Positions 25,167 through 37,900 of a stretch of 64,000 bases of DNA are shown here, in pieces; within the stretch, counting starts at the first letter, position 1; every line of letters begins with the position of its first letter. The stretch comes from Klebsormidium nitens (Eukaryota > Plantae > Klebsormidiophyceae): NCBI GenBank assembly GCA_000708835.1, contig DF237235.1:1-64000 (forward strand), in the 5' to 3' direction. A program made the position numbers and the translations under genes. The notes under the pieces were generated by a model. That model was not told the DNA's origin and made no database searches. It saw nothing but the letters and a program-made list of their open reading frames with translations.

Positions 25167-26468
25167 TTATCGAGACTGGGAAGCATTGAACGTTGTTAAG
25201 CGTGTCTATATGGTGGCTAAGGTGTAAGGTGCCCGGTGCATGCTCTCAAGTCCCGGAGATGATTGTATATCGAAGGGGGCTGCATCAGAGCATCAGATTG
25301 GATAAGCCTACCTGGATCATGCAGTAATGTATTGGTAAATCTAGGGGTATTGAGTAGGTAATCGTGTTGAAAGCTGGAAGGCCCCAAGGTTGGAGAAGCC
25401 CAAGACTGGGCTCCCAAGTTCCACACTAACCTGGAACCTTAGCATGTACAGTGGGTCAGAGTCGTTCGGTGAGTCAGTGATGTTCGGCGGCTGCCGCCTA
25501 ATAGCTTATAGGCAACTAAACAATCAGATGCAACGGACATTGTGGCAACTCTGTTGACACCCTTTCGGACTAACATGCTGATTGTGTCGAAAAGAGGGTA
25601 GGAGGACACAAGACCTTTGGTATATGGAAGTTGATGTAGTCACGAACGTTGTCAGGAGACGCTCTCTCAGTTCAACCAACCAAACCACCAACAAATTCTG
25701 GCCATGGCCCAGGCAGTGAAGTGCCAATGCAAGAGTCCCACTGGCCGCCGCAGGCCACAAGCCTGCAAGTTCAAACGTCCCTTGTACTAGGCAGTCTCCT
25801 GCGAACCTGCCTGGCACCAATGATTGGCATCCACTGAGATGCCCATCCGGCCATCGATGCAGCAGAGTAAGGGAACTTGCATTAGAGAGAGTCTGCTTTG
25901 GAGCGGTTTATAGCAGTGCATGTGGGAGATTCCTAGCCGGTGTCCATTTAACCCTGTTCCGAATCTTCCATGGCTACTTAGTCCTTGTGGCGCCATCATT
26001 GCGATCTTCAGTATCCTTTTATACCGATTATACTTTTTGAGTTAGAGCTCATATTCAGGGCCTCTAGCTGGCCATCGATCATGCCTAATTTCACCAAACT
26101 TTCATGCACTGAAGCCTTGATTGCATGGTGCGCAAGCCTGGCTCCTAGGTTTAACACAGCGCGCGAGCCCGAGTCCCGGCCCCGGTCGTGGTTGCACTGA
26201 GCCACGACGAAATGATGTGCAAGTCCAAAAATGAGGAAGATTACTTGGGTGGGTTGCGCGGCCTGTGCAGCCCACAGTGTGGGCACAAAAATCTCTCTGA
26301 CGTTACCCCTGCTGACACAAGCTAGATCGAATGTAAGAGCTCTCCGACGAGCTCCACGAGCTCAGTGCATGTTCGTCAGCCTCAATGATTGGCTCCCACA
26401 TTGGCGCGGTGTTGATCGAGTGCTCAGCGACAGCGTACCCCTAAACCTCGTACCCCTGAACCTTCAGT

Positions 26469-29170
26469 ACAGAAGGACCCAATCCGATCCAATCAGGGGA
26501 TCGGCTGCTGAGGCCCGACGAATCTACTTGGCACGTGCCGCGCACACCTTTGGAGAAAGCGCTTTCGCAGCTCTGCTCGAGGTCTTCCAGCTTTTACAGT
26601 CGTGGATACATCAGAGCTCTGCTTACGAAGAAGCCGCGAGGAAAGGTGCTTCCGCTCACGCTGCTGAACAAAGGTCGATCAAACTGCCTGCTATCGACCT
26701 GAGCTGGAATTGTTTGCAATTTTGAAGAGTTTGACTTGCTGCTTTCAAGCCCTTTCAAGTATGCCACAAGAGCCGCTTCGAGAGGACGACTCATGGTACC
26801 CGGAGCAAAGCCAAAAGTCTTTCTGGTTCTTGTTGAGCTTATACTTGGAGTCACTCCATCGAGACTCTGATCTCAAAGCTGTGGGGGAAGAGGTTCTGCC
26901 TTGTTTAGACGAGTTTGATTTTCTTTCCACTTGCAAGGAGCACGGCACCTGCATTTCTATTTGCCAAAACCTTCAAAAATCCGGTGTTCTAAGCAGAGAA
27001 GTGAGCAGGCTGCTTGCAGAAAAGATGATCACGGCGAGCTTTTCTAGCAGTCGTGATCGGGAGCAATCAGCAGAGTGCATTTCCATTGCGAGCGAGCTTC
27101 TACAGTTGGATCTTGAAGCCATGAAGTCGGTCATTGGGGAATGTTCTGCAACCGTGGTAAAAGACATACAGACCGCTGAAGACGATTCAGGTTTCAACAT
27201 GAAGAAGAGTGTCATTCTCGAAGAGCTCTTCAGTCGACTGGAGGAGAAAAGGCTTCTGGATATCGTAAGTCAATGGCCTGAATCACCGCATTACAAGACA
27301 GTTCGTAAATTTTTTCTGGTCTTTGACGTAAGTAGAGCATCTTGAATGTCAAGCACACCATCAGCATATTGTGACCAATTCGAGCAAGTCCAATTGGTGC
27401 CATCCTTCTCGGTGCAATCATTGGCTCCGAGAGGCCTCTAGTCTGGATTACTCTGTGCGTGTGACGTGCATTCTATTCCTTAAGAAAGGCGGAACAAGGG
27501 ACCTTTGCACGAAACACCCCGCCTTCATGTGTGTACAGGCTCTGTGCGCAGACGGAGAGCACTGCGAGACTCTTGAAGACTGTGAACTCGGAGCTGCTCT
27601 CAGAGCTGGCTTGCAATCTTCTGATCTCAGCTCACGAATCCAAGCCATGAGGTTGATCGGCATCTCGAGCCTCAAGTCATACACGGCATTCACACGTCTG
27701 TCAGGCATTCTAGATTCGGCCTTGTACATGGAGGACTGGGAAGTGCGAGAGTATGTTCAGGCGACCATCCTAGACGCTATCAACATCCACCATCACAAGA
27801 TGAGCTTTGATGACGTGTCGCGCTACTTGCTGCCCTTCCTCTATGCTCCGACGACGAGGTTGCAGCTTAACGCCGTGGTAGGACTGGGACGGTTGTTGCT
27901 CGCGTCTGCTTTTCTCGAAGACACAGAGATCATGCTCGCGAGTCTGCTGGAACGCTACGTCAGCAACAATGATGGAGACAACTCGGAGTGAGCATATTCA
28001 CCTCGTAGAATATAGATAGAACAGATAAAATAGAGACTGAGAGTGCGACGAGTCTGGCAAGCGTCTGGAGGTTTGGCTACCAAGACAAGTGGGTTAGACC
28101 AGACAAGAACATGGAAGACTTCGATGCTTTGACAAGGAACAGTACATTTGACGGGCATCAAAAGCCATCATCTTGCGGACCACCGTACGAGCATGGACAG
28201 AAGAGCTTATGCTTCCACCAGAAGAGCGGTCAAAGGCCTCGAGCGAGATGAGCGAGACGCACTTATCCTGCCTTTAGAAACCCGTGACCATTCAGAACGG
28301 AGGAAGCTTCAAAAGCAGCAGGTCCAAAAAGCTATCAAAAGCTCTCTCTTCGGAACTGATTGAACCCGCTGTCTGCAGGGTCGACAATCGGAAGGTAGTC
28401 GAGGCGCTGCACATCTTCTTCAACACGTACGGCGGAGCTGAGAAGAAGCAGCACCAGGACGAGTTGGCCAACACGCTTGTAAGCCACCTTTCTTGCCTTG
28501 GCAGGATCCGATTTGCTTTTAAGTCGATGAGCATTGTGCGCCCGCTTGAATAACAACCTCCAGTCCCCCAATTTGGAACTCCTCACGGCTCTTCATGGTT
28601 TCCGTTCGTATCGTTGCTTCGAAACCGCCCCGTATCAAGCCAAAAGCAGAAGCGTTTTGAATTCGATCAATATGTGATAATATCAAAGGGGTCGCATGCA
28701 AGCAGGGAAGGAGACGTGAGTGCACACAATGACGACACCTCGAGCGGTTTTTTTCGTTATGTTCTGCAGGTATTTGATCTGCTCATTCATAACCACTGTG
28801 GAAGGCACGTTCTGCGGCTCTTCGCGTCAATGAAGAACGCTTCCTCGGAACACATTGGGACCATCACCTCAAATATTTGCTCGGAGAGTATGTCGTTTCC
28901 GCCACGCAGGTTTACATGCTGCTGGAGAAGATGGAGGCGGGCGTCGTCATACTCGCGGAAAATCATGCGGAACTGGCGGACAGTCCTTCCCGCTCAGCTG
29001 AGGCCCAGACGCTCAGGCTGGCAATGAAATTTGTCCGCCATCTGTGTGGCGAGGACGTCATGCATGCCGTCTTTGAGAGCATGTGCGTCAACATAGAGAA
29101 CCAGTGCGGACCGAGCCTTCTTACGAGGGAAGCGTGTGGAAGGTGGTTGAAAGGTTCTTCGACTCGTTGA
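26469..29170 (+). CDS. Divergent HEAT-repeat protein resembling the condensin CAP-G (Cnd3) C-terminal region; 5' end uncertain
   Basis: Supported exons: about 26750-27300, 27539-27987, 28379-28478, 28910-29170 (phase-consistent). Spliced LQLNAVVGLGRLLL...MLASLLERYVS...VVEALHIFFNTYGG..QHQDELANTL parallels the Cnd3 pattern. The family assignment is by eye and the start is not resolved. Confidence 0.5.
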
Positions 29171-29789
29171 GGCGGCTGGAGTTTCCACGAAAAGTGGATC
29201 TGGAAGGTTGTTCTGGAGCATGTGACGAACTATTGTAAGGGCTACTCGATGCTTCCGACAGATCCTTGCCAGATTCTCAAATTGTTGCTCACGGAACAGG
29301 AAAGCAGAGCTCCGAGACTTTTGATCATTTGGTTTGCATATGGTGGCCCTGACGGTGATCGCGATGCACAGTCGTAGAACATGCATACCTAATATTGCAT
29401 GCCAGGGTTGAAGGGTTCCTCACCCGCTTCCGCAAGATCATGGCGAGCATTGTCAGACCAGCTATACCGTATATCATGTTGCGCGATTGTTTCTGTCCTG
29501 AGCCTCCAATAATACCTGTCTGATTAGCATGCTTTATGGCTGGCCATGGCCTATACTTGGTCGCATCCATCTTATAGGGCATGCACACAATTACATCATT
29601 GGGAAATTAACCAGCGTGATCCATAGTCAGCGTTCTTTAACGTACAGAATTCATGTACGATTAAGTCCGCGATCCCCTCTACAGCGCTAGCTAATGTATG
29701 CACAATTCCACCCCGCACGCGCCCTGCCAATGCGATATGATGCACGCGAGCCATGCAGCTCATTAGTGAATGTCTGTCAGTTCGCAAAA

Positions 29790-29983
29790 TACCGTACTGC
29801 TTTTTAAATTCGGCGAAAAATAAATAATTATTTGGCCTGCTGAAAACTTTAAATAATTATCCAAGCGCGATAATGGTCGATAACGGTACTTTTTAGCAGG
29901 TAATGCTAGGTCTGCCGAAAGTTTCAAACGTTTCATATATAATTATTTGGCGTCGAAGGTGCCAAAACCAAAGCAGTACGGTA
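29790..29983. mobile_element. MITE, Tc1/mariner(pogo)-type, with TA target-site duplication
   Basis: Perfect 12-bp terminal inverted repeats CCGTACTGCTTT (29792-29803) and AAAGCAGTACGG (29970-29981), each flanked by TA. The interior is AT-rich, non-coding and about 170 bp, set in a GC-richer background. Confidence 0.8.
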
Positions 29984-30553
29984 TGCGCCGCTGCCTGTGC
30001 CTTCTGCCTCCAATTCAGTCAAGCTGGACGCAATCATTGGCTTGACTAACTTAGGTGCCACATGCGTCTGCTAAGTAGATGATGTATCATTCACGGTTGA
30101 GGGGCAAACTGGTCTTTTAGACCAGGCTCGTACTAGTCGGCCCCTCGTTAACAAAAGCACTTGGTCATGTATTGCCTCCAAGGCATGATCGGACACCCGA
30201 CTAGAGCTCTTCAGCCATCTCATCGCAGTCATTTGCGTCCCATGAGAAGCCTATGGCGTCTTTGAGATTTACGAAACCAACATTACATGGGACCTTGAAC
30301 ACTAAGAAAATGGCTGCACGCGAAAGTGGACAGTAAGAGGTGGGTAGTATATTTTTGGTGGAAAAATATTGTTCATGGCTTTTTTACGACAAAGAATGAT
30401 CGGGTGAGTCTCAAGCACCAGAAGAGGCAACTTCTCAATGTCTACAGCACCTCTTGGACCAATAACTCGTGGCAAAGGTATATGAACTTCAAAGCTATGG
30501 AAGTCGAGCTGACTTCTGGAGGGGTTTCTATATGTGCAGGACAAAACGGGCAT

Positions 30554-33249
30554 CTAGAAGTCTTCCTCGAGTGAGAACCGGTGAGTATCCGTGCTCTCCT
30601 TGTTGATGTTAGCCATCACCCCAGCCTTCTGGTACTCCCCGACCCTCTTCTCAAAGAAGTTAGTCTTGCCCCTGCACAGCACCACAGCTGGTCAGCAACG
30701 CGTTTCCTTGGGCAGATTGTCCACTTCGTATACTTCGACGAGGCGCAATTCTTTTTGCAGGCACAATCGAGGAGGGGTGCCAACCGAGTCCACATTACAC
30801 ACAGAACTGAGCTGCTCTTCTGAAGCCAAACGCATACAGCTGAAGCTTCTGACGAAAATATCGCAAATCGGCAAGAAGCCAAGAGGGACAAAGAAAGGAC
30901 AGCTTGGCGGCTTACTGCAAAGAAATGAGCTCCATCCAGTCGAAAGGGTTCTGCGTCTTGTAGACCCTGTCGCATCCTAAGGTCATCTGCAGAAGAAACA
31001 CGGCAGTCAACAACTCATTAGCAGAGGAAACTCACTTTGTTTGCCAGGAGAGTGAAGACAAAACTGAAGAGTCTGCTTGTGACTGCAATTCGCCCAGCAA
31101 AGGGTTTTTTACAAGCATCACCATTGTGGCAGACTGCGAACTCAGAAGAAGCTTCTTCGAGAACTGCTGAATCTTGGATTGGAATGAGCGGAGGCTTACC
31201 AGCAATCTATCAGAGACGAACTCAATGTACTGGCTCATGAGTTCAGCGTTCATGCCCACTAGTGAGCAGGAAAGAGCGTCGCAGACAAACTCCTTTTCAA
31301 TCTCCACAGCCTCGTGGATGATGGCCTGGACCCTTTCTTCCGAGAGGGGGTTTTGCAACAAACTGCAGAAAGGATATTCGAGGACTATTACTGACAGCTG
31401 GCGGACATGCCAACAACAGCTGGCAGATGCAATAATGAGCTCTTGTAGACCCTCTATCCTAAGGCAAATTTCTCCAAGTCTTTGCATTTCGACCCTGTCT
31501 CAGCAATCCGAGAACAACCTCTTACTCTTAAACATGTACCTTCCTCATGAACGACTCAACTTCGAAGAGCGATGCAAGGAGATCAACTGAGGTGATAAGC
31601 TCTGCGGGTCATTTATGACAACTTGCCTGTACAGCAGGCAAGCGAAGTCGGTGTGGAGGCCCTCGTCCCTGGAGATGAGCTCGTTGGAGAATGTGAGCCC
31701 AGGCATAAGGCCCCGCTTCTTCAGCCAGAAGATGGCGCAAAAACTGCATTGAAGAGAAGCACTTTGATCAGTTAGGGTGCTCAACAGTCTGAACAGAGGC
31801 AAGTCAGCAAGATGTGACAACAGAACAGGTGTTCTAGTTGATTTGCAGACATCTCATTGCTGACAGATGATGAGCGCTCACAAGCTTACCTTCCAGAGAA
31901 AAAGATCCCCTCAACGCAAGCAAACGCCACGATCCTCTCTGCAAACGACTCTGCCCCGTCAATCCACCTCATGGCCCACTCTGCCTTGCGTTGAACACAG
32001 GGGATAGTGTCGATTGCCTGGAACAGCCTGCTCTTCTCTTTGGGATCCTTGATGTAGGTTTCGAGCAGCAGGCTGTACATCTCAGAGTGGATGTTCTCAA
32101 TGGCAATCTGGAAGCCATAGAACGCCCGGGCCTGCATAGGAAGGGACACCTGTGTCAGGGGCCTGATCAATGAAAGCACTGGCGCAAAAGCACTTTTTTG
32201 GAGTCAAGGAGGTTTCGCCGAAGCTTGTGAAATGGCCGGGGTTAGTGCTATTGCATAGAGGGACCAGACAGCTGGGCTTCGAGCAATGTGCGCAGATAAA
32301 GAAAGGGCCAGAGAGTCAAGTGTCAAAGTCATGCCACAAGAGGTAAGGGGATTGCAGAGCGAGGTTTTAGTCAGCATGTCAACAAACAGAGTAGATGGCA
32401 GACTGACCTCCGGGACTTGAATCTCCTTCATGAACCGGACGGCCAGGTTCTCCAACACAATCCCATCCGAATTTGCAAAGAAGGCAAGAATGTGCTTGAT
32501 GAAGTGCCGCTCGTTGTCGTTGAGGGCGTCCCAGTGCATCAAGTCTGAGTGGAGATCGACCTCCTCAGCTGCAGGGGGTGGATATCAGATTGAGTCAGCT
32601 GGTATATTGGGACTTGCTGTCGGGAGAGATGTCATAAGCTGCTGGGGAACGGGACAGATTGTTCTCTCCAGTAAACTACAGGTCAGGGAGGAATCCAACG
32701 CCATCAGTGATGGGCAAGTATTTTGATAAAGTGAAGCGACCACCAAAAAATTGAATTTTTAATGCAAGTTCTGCTACACAGGATCCCGGAGTAACCCTCG
32801 CGCTTCCAATCTGCATGAACCTGCATGCCCACCAAAGACTGCTTCCACCATGATGAATGTGGCACCAATGAGTCAGAGAAGTACTTAGATTCAATCAAAT
32901 TGCATCAGAAAAGTTCCTGTATGGATAAGAAGTATCGAATCATCAAAAGACAGCAGAAAGCTGATTCTGTTGCCACAAGGAGATACTCAGCATCATGCAG
33001 AAAGCCCCAAAGATGACCAGCTGTCGACCCAATATTTTGTGAGCGACTTTGAAAACCCAAAAGCGTACCTGTCCAGAAGCTTGCCTCAGCCTTCTTGTAC
33101 ATCTCCCATATCTCGGGATACTTGATGGGGAACATGCAGAAACGGGAGGGGTTGTCCATGAGGAGGGGCTCGGTCAGGGAGTCCATCGTTGGCACTTTGG
33201 ACGGCGCAACTGTTCTCTGGGTGCCAGACGCGGAGCGTTTCATGCTCAT
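30554..33249 (-). CDS. RNR2: Ribonucleoside-diphosphate reductase small subunit (class Ia R2)
   Basis: Exons 33249-33069, 32568-32408, 32131-31890, 31743-31627, 31362-31200, 30986-30916, 30671-30554. Motifs: [98 protein letters not shown]-terminal FSLEEDF. Confidence 0.98.
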
Positions 33250-34992
33250 AGCTGCGACGCTTGCTAGGAGGGCAGCGTGACTTCGCAAACGTAAAGACAA
33301 CTAGCAGACAAGAGAGAAGGCTTTCGAGGGAGCCTTGCTGCCAGGATCTGCAGTAAACTTAAGGCAAGCTTGATAAAACGTGGCTGCTCTTGCGGGACAA
33401 GAAGAGGCGGGTGGTCAAGCTTTCTCCTTGCACAAAGCTGCGAAGCAGGGTGGTGTGCTTGGAAACGGTGCTGTCTCTAGGCTTTTGCTTCTTGCTTTAG
33501 CTGCAAATGTGCAACAATGTGAAGACAAACTCAAAGGCAATGCTCTTCCAAGGTTTGCCAAAAGGTGTTCAACAGACTGGACACGTTGTAGACTCACTAC
33601 AGACCGTGCCCAGCACAGGGCCGACCATTACCTACTCAAGAGCTGCGGTTGCCATCCCGCCCTGACTTTCTGCAAGAAAAACTTTTGAATTGCGAGCTTC
33701 TGTTCGAATTTCGTATTCCTCCCAGCATAGGCGCGTACCCTTCTTCTTTGGTCGACGTGGCCTCTTGCGATTGACTGAAGTGTGGAAATTGGGAATGCTT
33801 TGGCGCCAATAGATTTGAATATAGGTCGTCAGATGCGAAAACGGCATGAGGATCGACGGCAGGGCCGGTGCTCCACTCTCCAGTACGGGAAGCAGGTCCA
33901 GAATTTCGACTCGACTCCCCGAGGGAGCATGGGAGCGTCTACCGAATGTATCACGCTCTCCGTACGGCGTACTGTGTACAGGCTGTAGCACACCTGCACA
34001 TCCCCGGTCGGGGACCTCCAGCAGCGCCTCCGATCGGTAGAAAGTACCCGGGCCGCCATGCAGCAGCTTGGCCTGGAGCCGACGAGCAAGCACGGCTAGG
34101 CTGGGCCTTCGAGCATCTTCGTGCCGTCTCCCTCTGGCCTCGAGCGACTTCAAGTCGTGGTGGGCTTATCGATCATGCGTTAGGCCCTGGTGCTCAGCAA
34201 CCACATCTTCGTCTTGGTCCGACATGCATGCTATGTGCTGTGCCATGCAGAAGCCTGGCTATAGCCGCATGTTGGGTACGGCAAAGTTGAGAACAAAATT
34301 ACCTAATTTTGCCGATGCACCGTTGGTGGGTCTCGTAACAGTGCAAGACTGCCCGTTTGCACGGCTCTTGGTCGCTCCGCGACCTCGTACGTGCATGTGG
34401 CTCGGCGTGGCTTAGGGTTTATAAAGCAAGTGACCATGTAGCTTCTGAGTAACCTTTGAGTACCTCAAACTTGACTGGCCTGTAAGGGCGTATAGTACTT
34501 ATATTCAGGCTTGAAGAAGGCAGTTCGAGATCATAACAAACCATGGTACATGTTTCCAACAATCCTAATTGCATGCAGAACAATGCCAACACAAGTCTAT
34601 TGCACTGCAAAGGTTCGGGGTTAAGGGCATGAAACAGAGACACGTATGGTGCACAATCATGAACACTACGCATCGCAATTCAAAAGTACGTCCTGCTCGC
34701 TTTGTTTAGTGTACAATTGACAATGTAAATCTGTAGCAGCATCAGCCAACTTGAACACCCTCCGCTGAGGATGTCTATAAGAACGAGCCTATGCATCGTC
34801 TCCGCCATGGCTACGATGTGTCTTCAAAACGGGTCTTGCCCTATTGCAGTGAGCATTTGGCGGACGAAACGTCTTCGACAACTCTCTTATTTGACTCTTT
34901 TTGACCAAGCCCTCTAGCGACCCGTTGTCCCTATGGGCTACAAAGGACGCAACTGTTATTTTTCTCTTCACACCACATAGCTAAATTACCAC

Positions 34993-37900
34993 TTACTTTC
35001 CCCATGGGACCGCAATTCCTGGTCCACTCGGCATCGGCCCCGGCCCTCCATTACTACTCGACGTGGGCATAAACCCACCCCGTTTGTCTTGACCGTTTGG
35101 TGACACCTTCTGACCGGGCATCCCGGGTGGCCCGTTTGTTCCTCCGGGGGTGCCCTTTGCCCTGCCATTTTTGACCCCCCGAGGAGAGTCGGTCCGGGCC
35201 GTGGGCGGAGCTCTAGTGACGACGGGCCCAGCGTCGGTGACGAGAAACTCCCGGTTGACGAAGTGCGCGTTGGGGACGAGAAGCCGTTGCCGCCCGTTTC
35301 GGAGGACGGTGTATCTACAGAGGAACAGTCAAGCAAATTAAGGGATTGTAAAAGGAAACACGATTCACATGTCAACGCGCAACATATGGTTGCGACCGGC
35401 GTTTCGACAGATTGATGTAAATGACGACGATGAACCTGAGAGGAACGGATCTGCAAATGCTCTCCCACTACATTGAAAAGAAGCCATGAGACTGCTGAAA
35501 CAGGAGTAGACGAAATGAAGATACTGGTGACCAAACGCTTCACGTCTTACAACCCTGACCGCCCAATCTAAAATCCGACGTGTGACGACGAGCGCTTCAG
35601 CTACATCCATCTGGCGGCTCGAAGTCAATGATAGGCACAGTGTCTAGAGCAGGCTTGAAAAGTGCGGCAAGAAGAGTCCGGGAACGTGAAAGAGGGCGAG
35701 GGCCGACCTGACATCGACAAACTTGAAGAAGTCCCCCCTCACATGCGGAAAGAATGTTACCCAAGAAAGATAGCGAAGATCTCGGCAAAAGGCAGGCGGT
35801 TGTGACCAGCGTGTGAAAGGGGAGCAAAAACGGAGCTGAGCAGCCGTATCTGCAGATGCTGTTGAAGTGACTCTTCCACACATGGAAGGAACCAAAGCCC
35901 CCCAAAAGACAAATGCGGCACCACCGCACCATCTCTGACTCAGCACGCAATCCAGGCCCGATCAGAACCTTCCAAATTCAAAAACGATACAGATCGAACG
36001 GAAAAAGCGGAATCCTTATACAACGAGGTCGTTGCAGGATGGGCCTAAGGGGCAACCTGATATCAAGCGATCCGCAGACGCCCTCAAACCAGAAGCTGAC
36101 ACGTGGGAAGCGCACCCGGACCGGACAAAAGAGCGGAAGATACGGTGCTGAAAAATGAGCCTCAGATCGACAAATTTGCAGACGCCTTCAAAAAGAAGGT
36201 CGACGCATGGAAAAGGCGGACCGGCCCAAGAGGAGTAGCGGAAGAAAGGCGCCGACAAACCGGTTGAACCAGACATTGTCACGTTGCAAGAACGAGTCGA
36301 CTCTGCCAGTGTTCTCTCGAATCCTATGCGAATGTTTGGAAACGCTTCATAATGCAGACTGACACTGACCACCACTTTGTTCTCACTCAATTCCAGTGAC
36401 TCATTGCCAGACCAAGAAGAGTAGCAGCAGAAAGGCTCCGAAGTGCGGACCTGAGGTCGACGGATTCGCAGACGCCTTCGAACCAGCCGGGGGGCACGGC
36501 GGACGTGGGCGAGGGGGGGGCGACACCCGCCCCGCAGAGCAGCGCCACAGAGTCGCCGGGACGGAAGGGCTGCGCCGCGAAGAGGAAGAAGCCGGCAAAG
36601 TAATTGTGCCACACGTCCTGTGTGACGGGTAGGAGTTTTGAGCTGAGGTGAATGTTATCATTGGCACCCTTTTAAGATAGTCTTGCTTTGTGGTTTTGGA
36701 ATTACTTTGTATCAAAACAGGAATTACTTTGTAACAAAACAGGTGTTGGAACTCTGAGCTGAAGTGGACTTACTTCGTTGGATTGTCGTACTCCGGGCGT
36801 TTCTCTAGTAATTTTTAGATGTGTATCGTTGGATTGCCGTACTTCGGGCGTTTCTCTAATAAACTTTAGATGTGTATCTAAAATCACTTGCCAGATCGCG
36901 GGTATTGAAGGGCTAACGGCGAAGAGGAAGAATCCGAAGTGACTTGGGCCTACGTCCCGCAGAATGGATGCAATTCCTAAGCCACGGCAAGTTTCGGAAA
37001 AACCTCAAAAGATCCATCAGGCGTCCTTTCGAATGCCAGACACTCTCTTGCGCTTGGCCTATTCAGATGATCGAACTTCAAAATACATCGATACAATCGA
37101 TCCAGGGAGGCGCAACGTAACTCACCTTTCCAGCCAGAGCGACTGCCGCAAATCCGGGGAGAAGAAGGGACGAAATTCTCACGCCGACCCTGCAGCGCGG
37201 TGCAGCATCAATGAGCGGAGGCATCCGTTACCATCGGAACATCTTGTCTCGCCTTAGCCTCTTTGCCAGTTCAAGATTTGCGCCTCTTCCTCGACTTCTT
37301 AACCTCCAACCGTCTCACTCCACTCTCATTAATCGTTCGTCTTGATCCCCCTCCAGAACAGCGATGCGCGTCGCATCAGTAGGGACCAGCGAGAGATCAA
37401 AGTTTAGCAATACGAGACCTTCACTCTAAGCTGATATACGTAGAAGAGATTCTGACGTCCTAACACTACCAGCCTGGTAGGAACGAAGCCAGCTGTCAAT
37501 AAGAGGCAATGCGGTACTGGAATGAAGAAAGGCCAGGCGACAAGACGAGAGGTAAATCGCAACGCAAACGGGATGCGAGAAAAGCACGCGAATGCGGCTG
37601 CGAGAAAGCACTTACGATGATAGAATCGTGACAAGACCAATCGTACTGGCGACCAACCTGCAAAGACGGACAGTTGCCTTAAGCTAACGGCTGTGACTTT
37701 CAACGGCAAGTTTATGCGGGAGTTTCAAATTACCAGGTCGCCTGGTGATGGAGAATCGGGTACATGGAACTTGGAAATGGCTCTTGCTGCCCGTGTGCAT
37801 CAAACTCTTCGGCCACTGTCGTGCACACCTAGACGACTAGATGCGATTATAGTGAAAGGAGAGCGGAAAACAGGTGAGGATCTGAAGATAGGGAAATGAA

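Noticed and set aside
25167-26400. Receiver-domain exons for the histidine kinase
   Set aside because: No REC motifs (acidic pocket, D-x-x-MP, K-P) in any frame, and exon 6 ends in a stop at 25166.
28148-28363. ORF as an exon of the CAP-G-like gene
   Set aside because: Its donor phase does not fit the next acceptor, and direct 27987->28379 splicing gives a better Cnd3-like alignment. An alternative exon is not excluded.
28762-28810. Possible decoy acceptor 140 nt upstream of the last CAP-G-like exon
   Set aside because: Similarity to the real exon start is too weak to distinguish from chance.
33632-34415. Overlapping 86-173 aa ORFs upstream of RNR2
   Set aside because: There is no recognisable domain, ORFs of similar length lie on both strands, and there is no supporting exon structure. 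Left unresolved rather than called.
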